Origin: a virus
DNA length: 64,000 nucleotides
IMG/VR virus record: IMGVR_UViG_3300042868_004799
Coordinates: 7,286-71,285 of that record
Reading direction: 5' to 3' (one strand)
The position numbers and the translations under genes were made by a program. Below the pieces are notes generated by a model, which was not told where the DNA came from, ran no database searches, and saw only the letters and a list, made by a program, of their open reading frames with translations. This document shows positions 58,909 to 64,000 of this stretch, piece by piece; position 1 is the stretch's first letter, and every line of letters starts with the position of its first letter.

Positions 58909-60665
58909 TAGAGACCAGCACCTTCTTCAGGCGCAGGCGGTGTCACTTCTGTTGGAGGCTCTATAAGGTCAATAGGAGTCTCTTCTTGAGGCTGAGGCTG
59001 AGGCTGAGGCTGAGGCTGTAGTCCCTGTAGCGCTTGCGAAACTTCTGGTGGAATTGGCGCTGGGCTATTCACCTGCTGTGCGCTATGTATCTTTTCTAAC
59101 ACGTCAGGAGCAATTGCACCGAGCAGCGCTTCTGTAAGTTCAGGAGAAATTTGACCTTTGTCAAGGACCATGCGAATTGCAACTTCGTCAGAACTTGGTG
59201 CATCAGCTTCACTGAATCCATGTGTACGGCGCCATGTGTCATAGCTTACTGCCATACGATCGAATCCTGTGTCAGCATCTGCTGCGCGGTCGTTACGAGT
59301 TGCGACCTGAGATGGGTCGAACCAGATAACAAGACGATCGACGTCTGCTTCATCGAAGCCAGTCGCAATAAGATACGGACGTAGGTATACGACGGTTAAT
59401 GCGTCAACAATAAGAAGCATCAATGGCTCAATGTGCGCCTTATACAGTGACTCGTCGATTTGAAGCGCGTTGCTATATTTAACGTTAGCGAGACCTGTGA
59501 CGATGTCTTTTGGAACATCAAGACCTTGAAGGATTCTTTCAAGAACGCGATCTGCACGCTGTGCAAGTGCGGGGTCAAATGAACGCTCAAACTTGAACTG
59601 CTTGATCTTGTCGCCAAGTTCAGCAGGTCCGCGAATGATCAAAGGAACAACTGCGCTAGCAGAGTCCTCATCACGAATAGGCGTTGTCATCGCATCAATG
59701 AGTTGATCTTCGAATTCATCGCCTGCTTCTTCAGGAGTGAAGTCTGGGTTCAAATCGCCTGAATCATCGTATGGATAATCAGGATCTGGAGACGCGGCAA
59801 CAGACAAGCCGTCAGGAAGATAAAGAGCGCCTGCATTCAATCGAGAACGTGCTGTAGCACGGAACGTACGGTTCAACAACAGTAGTTCAGCGCAAAGGTC
59901 AAGAAGACCACGTAGCGACGAATCAGCTTCTTCAGAAAAACGAGGGTGCGCGCGCCAGATACGTCCAACGAAAGCATTTGACGGCAAACCGACAATTCCT
60001 TTTGCATTACGTGCTGCGGTGCCGTTGTTGCCGAGAAGATCGCGGCGAGGAACAATGCCATAGCCGTTCTTAGAGTCAACTTGTACTTCGTCTACAGAAC
60101 GAATGTCCCATGACTCTGTGGTACCAGATCCGAGACGCGCTGGCATCTGCACTAAGTAGCACTCTCCGGTCACGGAAAGGTTTAGTGCGGCATCGCGTAG
60201 CAAACCTGCTTGACCGCCATACGCTGAGTCGAGACGCCCTAGAGCGCGTTCTGCAGCTGATGCTAAGCGCTCATCGAGCTTGCTGCTACTGCGAACAGGC
60301 ACTGGGCTTTCGGCAGGATTCTCTACAACTGCTGCATATAAACGAATGCGAGAAACAACCGACGCGACTAAGCTAAATGCGTATTTAACTTCGCCAATAG
60401 CGTCGTAGTATTCCCAAGCTTCTGACTGCCACGCACTCGACGCAGAGTTGCGGCGGTTCTTAAACATTTCAGCCTCGCCCTTATCATTGAGTCTGATCTG
60501 AACTGCGGCGGCTGTAATAGCACGAGGAACTGAATAAGGAACTGACTGAGCAGGCGTGACGCCCGGTGGAAAGACGAAAGGAGCAGTTATTGACGTAGTT
60601 GTCTGCCTTGCACGCGGTTGCGCGCGGCGGCTTGGACCATCTGGTTCTCGGCGGAAAACGCCCAC
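58908..60665 (-). CDS. Portal protein
   Basis: WQSEAWEYYDAIGEVKY, SRIRLY, NL.V.GE.Y, R.WR.HP...EADS and SAVVPLII motifs; first gene of the head module; (GGCTGA)n encodes a QP tail. Confidence 0.82.
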   Translation of the reverse strand: MGVFRREPDGPSRRAQPRARQTTTSITAPFVFPPGVTPAQSVPYSVPRAITAAAVQIRLNDKGEAEMFKNRRNSASSAWQSEAWEYYDAIGEVKYAFSLVASVVSRIRLYAAVVENPAESPVPVRSSSKLDERLASAAERALGRLDSAYGGQAGLLRDAALNLSVTGECYLVQMPARLGSGTTESWDIRSVDEVQVDSKNGYGIVPRRDLLGNNGTAARNAKGIVGLPSNAFVGRIWRAHPRFSEEADSSLRGLLDLCAELLLLNRTFRATARSRLNAGALYLPDGLSVAASPDPDYPYDDSGDLNPDFTPEEAGDEFEDQLIDAMTTPIRDEDSASAVVPLIIRGPAELGDKIKQFKFERSFDPALAQRADRVLERILQGLDVPKDIVTGLANVKYSNALQIDESLYKAHIEPLMLLIVDALTVVYLRPYLIATGFDEADVDRLVIWFDPSQVATRNDRAADADTGFDRMAVSYDTWRRTHGFSEADAPSSDEVAIRMVLDKGQISPELTEALLGAIAPDVLEKIHSAQQVNSPAPIPPEVSQALQGLQPQPQPQPQPQEETPIDLIEPPTEVTPPAPEEGAGL

Positions 60666-60716
60666 TTTAACTCCTCGTCGTTAGGAACGGAGTCGGTGCC
60701 GTGCTTTCGCACTAAG

Positions 60717-60998
60717 TCAGCCGACGCGGCTCAGTAATCCCGTGACTGCTGATAAGGCAAAAATACCTAGGACAGCAATCACTGGTGTTGGTGCTATTCT
60801 ATACACACTTAAGACCAGTGTTGATACCCAAATACTTGAGCACCAGTCGCACGTAATTAAATAGCCAATTCCTTCGTCTTCTGGAGGAAATTTCTTCCAA
60901 ATCTTGTCACGTACTTTATTTAGCACAACGTCAGTTGTAACTAGTCGTGTAATGCGGAATACCGCAAGGGCCATAATTATGTAGTCAATTGTTTTCAT
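60717..60998 (-). CDS. Small membrane protein (DUF1360-like)
   Basis: LAVFRITRLVTTD...R....GYLITCDWC.SIW with hydrophobic helices. Confidence 0.75.
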   Translation of the reverse strand: MKTIDYIIMALAVFRITRLVTTDVVLNKVRDKIWKKFPPEDEGIGYLITCDWCSSIWVSTLVLSVYRIAPTPVIAVLGIFALSAVTGLLSRVG

Positions 60999-61002
60999 TT
61001 TG

Positions 61003-61392
61003 TCATTCTGTAGGGTCGTTTATTGAGTTGAGGGTTTTGTACGGATTCCATGTCCGCAATTTGCTTCCACAGCCGCAGCCAGTGTCTTTCTTAAACGCAA
61101 GTGCTTTGCCAGTGAGCGTCATGACTCGTGATGTGCCGGATTTATCAATAGTCAATGTCGCTGGGTCGTATTGTTCGCGGAAGATCAAAACAGGGCCGCT
61201 GGATGAGTCAGCTCCAATGAGAATCATGTCATTAGTAAGGATTAGACGTACTGGTTCTACGCGGCGTGAGTCTCTGTACTTTTTTGAGTCTGTAATAAGC
61301 AAGTTCTGGACCTCGTCTGCGGGGACAACGTCCGGCGCGGTGACGATTATTGCCGTTGGAAATACATCGTGGATAATTCTAATTCCGGTCAT
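61003..61392 (-). CDS. Hypothetical protein with GCGCGS motif
   Basis: ATGA-coupled to the upstream gene; C-terminal GCGCGSKLRTWNP. Confidence 0.7.
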   Translation of the reverse strand: MTGIRIIHDVFPTAIIVTAPDVVPADEVQNLLITDSKKYRDSRRVEPVRLILTNDMILIGADSSSGPVLIFREQYDPATLTIDKSGTSRVMTLTGKALAFKKDTGCGCGSKLRTWNPYKTLNSINDPTE

Positions 61393-61907
61393 CTTCCAAG
61401 CCTTCTTGCCATTGCCCGGTACGTGACGCCCGCGGCTTTGGCTAATTCTGTCACTGTTATACCTTCACTATATAGACGTTCGCAGAGCTCTGTGAGCTTG
61501 ATGTTCGACTCGGCGTAAATACCAGTGGGATTGGCTCGAGCGCGATAACGCTGTGCGAGTGGCGACAAGTACTGGATCTCTGAGAGGTCCTTGGCAGAAA
61601 TAGCCGAGGGCGTAGGAGTACGGCGATACTCTCGTGTAGGTGCAAGGCGTGATTTTTCCGCTGCGCTGAAGGTAGATAGAGAAGAAGAAGGAGAGGGAGG
61701 AGGAGGGAGGGTGTTTGTGCGGGGCGGGGCCGTTACCCATGAATATATAGTTGAGCGTTGCTTGGGCGGGTTGAACGCATTCCCAATTGCCGCAAGGGTC
61801 CAGCCTGCCTGATACAACTGCCGTACACGAGACATACGATCTAGTTTAGACAACTCGCGCAGAAAAAGCCGTTCCTCAGAAGGTATTACTTGCTTTACTT
61901 TCGACAC
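61389..61907 (-). CDS. Double helix-turn-helix DNA-binding protein
   Basis: LYQAGWTLAAIG..RSTIYSW and LYSEGITVTELAKAAGVTYRAMARR. Confidence 0.75.
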   Translation of the reverse strand: MSKVKQVIPSEERLFLRELSKLDRMSRVRQLYQAGWTLAAIGNAFNPPKQRSTIYSWVTAPPRTNTLPPPPSPSSSLSTFSAAEKSRLAPTREYRRTPTPSAISAKDLSEIQYLSPLAQRYRARANPTGIYAESNIKLTELCERLYSEGITVTELAKAAGVTYRAMARRLGR

Positions 61908-61923
61908 AGCTTTATCGTATCAC

Positions 61924-62907
61924 CTAATGTACAATTTCAGGGCCTGGAGGTTCAATTTTTTTATAACGCCTAAAGTCAATCCCAGAGTCTTTTACGTATT
62001 TTTCGTACAGTTCTTTACTAGGGGCCCCGGCAAAACCAAATCTTTCGCCACGCAGGTACTCGAATGAGAGGTTGTTTACCCAGCGCTCTTTGTCGTCATG
62101 CGCATGTGAGTCGAGGTGCGTTTGAAGACCTGTCGGAAATACATCAGACTGGAAATCGCCGTTAGGTAGATTCTTTGAAAGAGTCGAAGTTACAGCCGTG
62201 TCACTGCTAAAGAATCTGTATCCACGCGTGTATGCACGTAGCGCGAATAGCTCTTGCTCTGGAAGGTACATCGTAAATGGCTCATACGACACGTCGTAGA
62301 TGATACTGCTCGACGTAAAAACTCCCGCACTAGCGTTCATAGTGTAGTGCTCTTGGAACTTGTCAAGGAATCGCGGCTCAGATGCTCTTGAATCGTCGTG
62401 CACCGCATCGCCATTGCCGTCCACAGTAAATGGCTTTCCAGCAGTGTTAGCTGAGTCAAGGTAGAACGACAGCCTGTGCGTACTGCCTGGTTCGTACGCA
62501 TGAAGCTCGTGCCAGTACTGTGATGTCGCTATTACTGGCTTTTCAACGTGAGACGCGAGCAAGTCGTAGTCATCACGCATAATAGTGTCCCAGCCTGGTA
62601 CAAAGAAGTTGTGCGCATCTATCTGCATGTAGTACTCTTCATTTTCGTGAAGAAGAGATGCATTTAAGCGGCTAATACTGACGCCTGGCGGAAGATGATA
62701 TACGGCGTTAGTGACGCGCACATTTTTGAACCTTGAAAGATCCTCAAACTTGTTGGGCGCGCTCTTTTGATTGTGGATCCCAAAGAAAACACGGGCAGGG
62801 TCATCAGCCTTCTCATACGCATCTTCTACGGTAGCCTCAAGGAACGGCTCATCATACGCCGGCACCCCAACAAAAATCTTGCCGTTACGCGGTATATTGT
62901 TACTCAC
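61924..62907 (-). CDS. GT-A glycosyltransferase of the GlcNAc-transferase (Skp1 hydroxyproline GlcNAc-T-like) family
   Basis: IFV.VPAYDEP.L..TV.DA...A..P.RVFFGI..Q, G...SR, E.YYMQIDAH..F..GWD and EQE.....AYTRGY. Confidence 0.75.
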   Translation of the reverse strand: MSNNIPRNGKIFVGVPAYDEPFLEATVEDAYEKADDPARVFFGIHNQKSAPNKFEDLSRFKNVRVTNAVYHLPPGVSISRLNASLLHENEEYYMQIDAHNFFVPGWDTIMRDDYDLLASHVEKPVIATSQYWHELHAYEPGSTHRLSFYLDSANTAGKPFTVDGNGDAVHDDSRASEPRFLDKFQEHYTMNASAGVFTSSSIIYDVSYEPFTMYLPEQELFALRAYTRGYRFFSSDTAVTSTLSKNLPNGDFQSDVFPTGLQTHLDSHAHDDKERWVNNLSFEYLRGERFGFAGAPSKELYEKYVKDSGIDFRRYKKIEPPGPEIVH

Positions 62908-63082
62908 AGTTGTTAGTTTTGCATACCTGCAGCGGAAAATTTGCGCTTTGCTTTTCGCACAATACGCTTGCGATTCTTTTCAGCTCGTTTTACGCCACTA
63001 AGTGCTGTTTGCAGGGTGTTTTTTCTCATGGGTGTCATCGTACAACATACATCGGCGCAGCGGAATGTTTGGTACAAGACTA

Positions 63083-63145
63083 GGGGGAATTGTACCTTAA
63101 CGTTTAGTTGACTTTGGGGATTGTACAGAATCGGGGGAATCGTAC
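63083..63145. repeat. Three copies of GGGGA(A)T(T/C)GTAC
   Basis: Copies at about 63083-63095, 63116-63126 and 63133-63145 in the non-coding region. Confidence 0.7.
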
Positions 63146-63795
63146 TTTATGGTAACTGAGCTTGGCCTGCGAGAGTCCAGACGTTGTTTTTCGGGCCTTT
63201 TATAAACGTTTCCATTTATTTTTTGGGATAAAAATTTTTTCTTGTGCGCGATCGAAAAAAATAAAGCGTGTTGCTTATATACGCAGGCGCTTTGCTATGC
63301 ACCTGCCAGTGTAGCAAACAGGCTAGGGCTATTGCCAAGAAGTACTAGTACATGAGCAATGCCAAAAGGTTTAAGTGTTTGATATTAGCAATGAGAGTCT
63401 TATTAAGACATGAGTACTAATTATTGCTATGACATGACAAGTAGCTACAAGACATACGAAAGTAGCAGACACTAGGTGGTGCCTGCCAATGCTATAGACA
63501 TATTGAATGTGCAATGATTTGTGGTCATACAAAGTGTTTCATGTCATGTTAAGTGGCCTAAGTGTGCACGCCTTAAGAAATCTGGATATCTGGCATCTAG
63601 CGAAATCCTGTGATGTAGGCATGTTTATGTCAGTTTTGTAGGCTAGGCAGGCCTTACTAGCGCAGATAGACAGTTTGTATGTCACTGCATTACGTATATG
63701 GCGGCATTGACTACAATGCAGCAGCGCGTGCGCATTAAAAAGTAGAATAAAAAGTGCAACAGGTCAATAATCGATGACGACCACTAAATATTTGA

Positions 63796-63819
63796 CCGCA
63801 TACCCGCATACCCGCATAC
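63796..63819. repeat. (CCGCATAC)x3 tandem repeat
   Basis: Directly visible 8-bp unit repeated three times. Confidence 0.8.
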
Positions 63820-64000
63820 ATGTGTAGACAGACAGCAAAGGCGTGCACTGCTAGTGCAGCACACGCCTCCGCATTGGTAAGTCTGTCAGCTAGGGGTTGA
63901 CCCGCACGTTGCTATCGTTCTTAAACAAATGCTCAAGTGTAGACAAGTCAGCAATGCCTGTAACCGCAACGTTGATTGATTGCTGGAACTCTTCAACCGC

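Larger units (their letters stand above)
1..64000 (-). mobile_element. Segment of a tailed dsDNA phage genome (siphovirus-like, probably actinophage)
   Basis: Co-oriented portal, protease, capsid, major tail, chaperones, tape measure, Dit and fibre genes, followed by phage-type replication genes. No host housekeeping operons and no integrase in the window. Confidence 0.95.

Noticed and set aside
58989-59018. (GGCTGA)n microsatellite as a phase-variation switch
   Set aside because: The 6-bp unit keeps the frame and only encodes a QP linker in the portal tail.
62910-64000. tRNA genes in the non-coding region
   Set aside because: No cloverleaf with a GTTCRA T-loop was recognisable; a tRNAscan/Infernal run would be needed to exclude them fully.

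Overview
The whole window looks like one arm of a large tailed (siphovirus-type) bacteriophage genome, probably infecting an actinobacterium. The host is inferred from gene content and order only. Almost all genes are on the minus strand. Read right to left: a ~1.1 kb non-coding end region, a GlcNAc-transferase-like gene, HTH and membrane genes, then the head module (portal, Dps/metal-cluster fusion, a 6548-aa polyvalent enzyme protein, a Cys-rich protein, a 1559-aa multidomain protease, major and minor capsid). Next come the tail module (major tail, adaptors, frameshifted chaperones, tape measure, a fibre/FN3 insert with an inverted AT-rich cassette, Dit, minor tail, S74 fibre) and the nucleotide/replication module (kinase-UDG-like fusion, Asp-type thymidylate synthase homologue, dCMP deaminase, PolA, RuvC-like, SNF2 helicase, Cas4-like nuclease, Sak4, SSB, glycosyltransferase, partial kinase). 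Best candidates for new biology: (1) a capsid-cargo system made of a giant multi-ADP-ribosyltransferase/kinase/helicase/exonuclease/WYL protein and a Dps-metallothionein-like-HiPIP-like protein, which share a paralogous domain, short motifs and putative protease sites; (2) a probable cytosine hypermodification pathway; (3) a structured RNA leader that hides the capsid RBS; (4) an extended TSR-like Arg/Tyr ladder tail domain. All domain calls are by-eye motif recognition; no searches were run. No terminase, lysin, integrase, tRNA or CRISPR array was seen.
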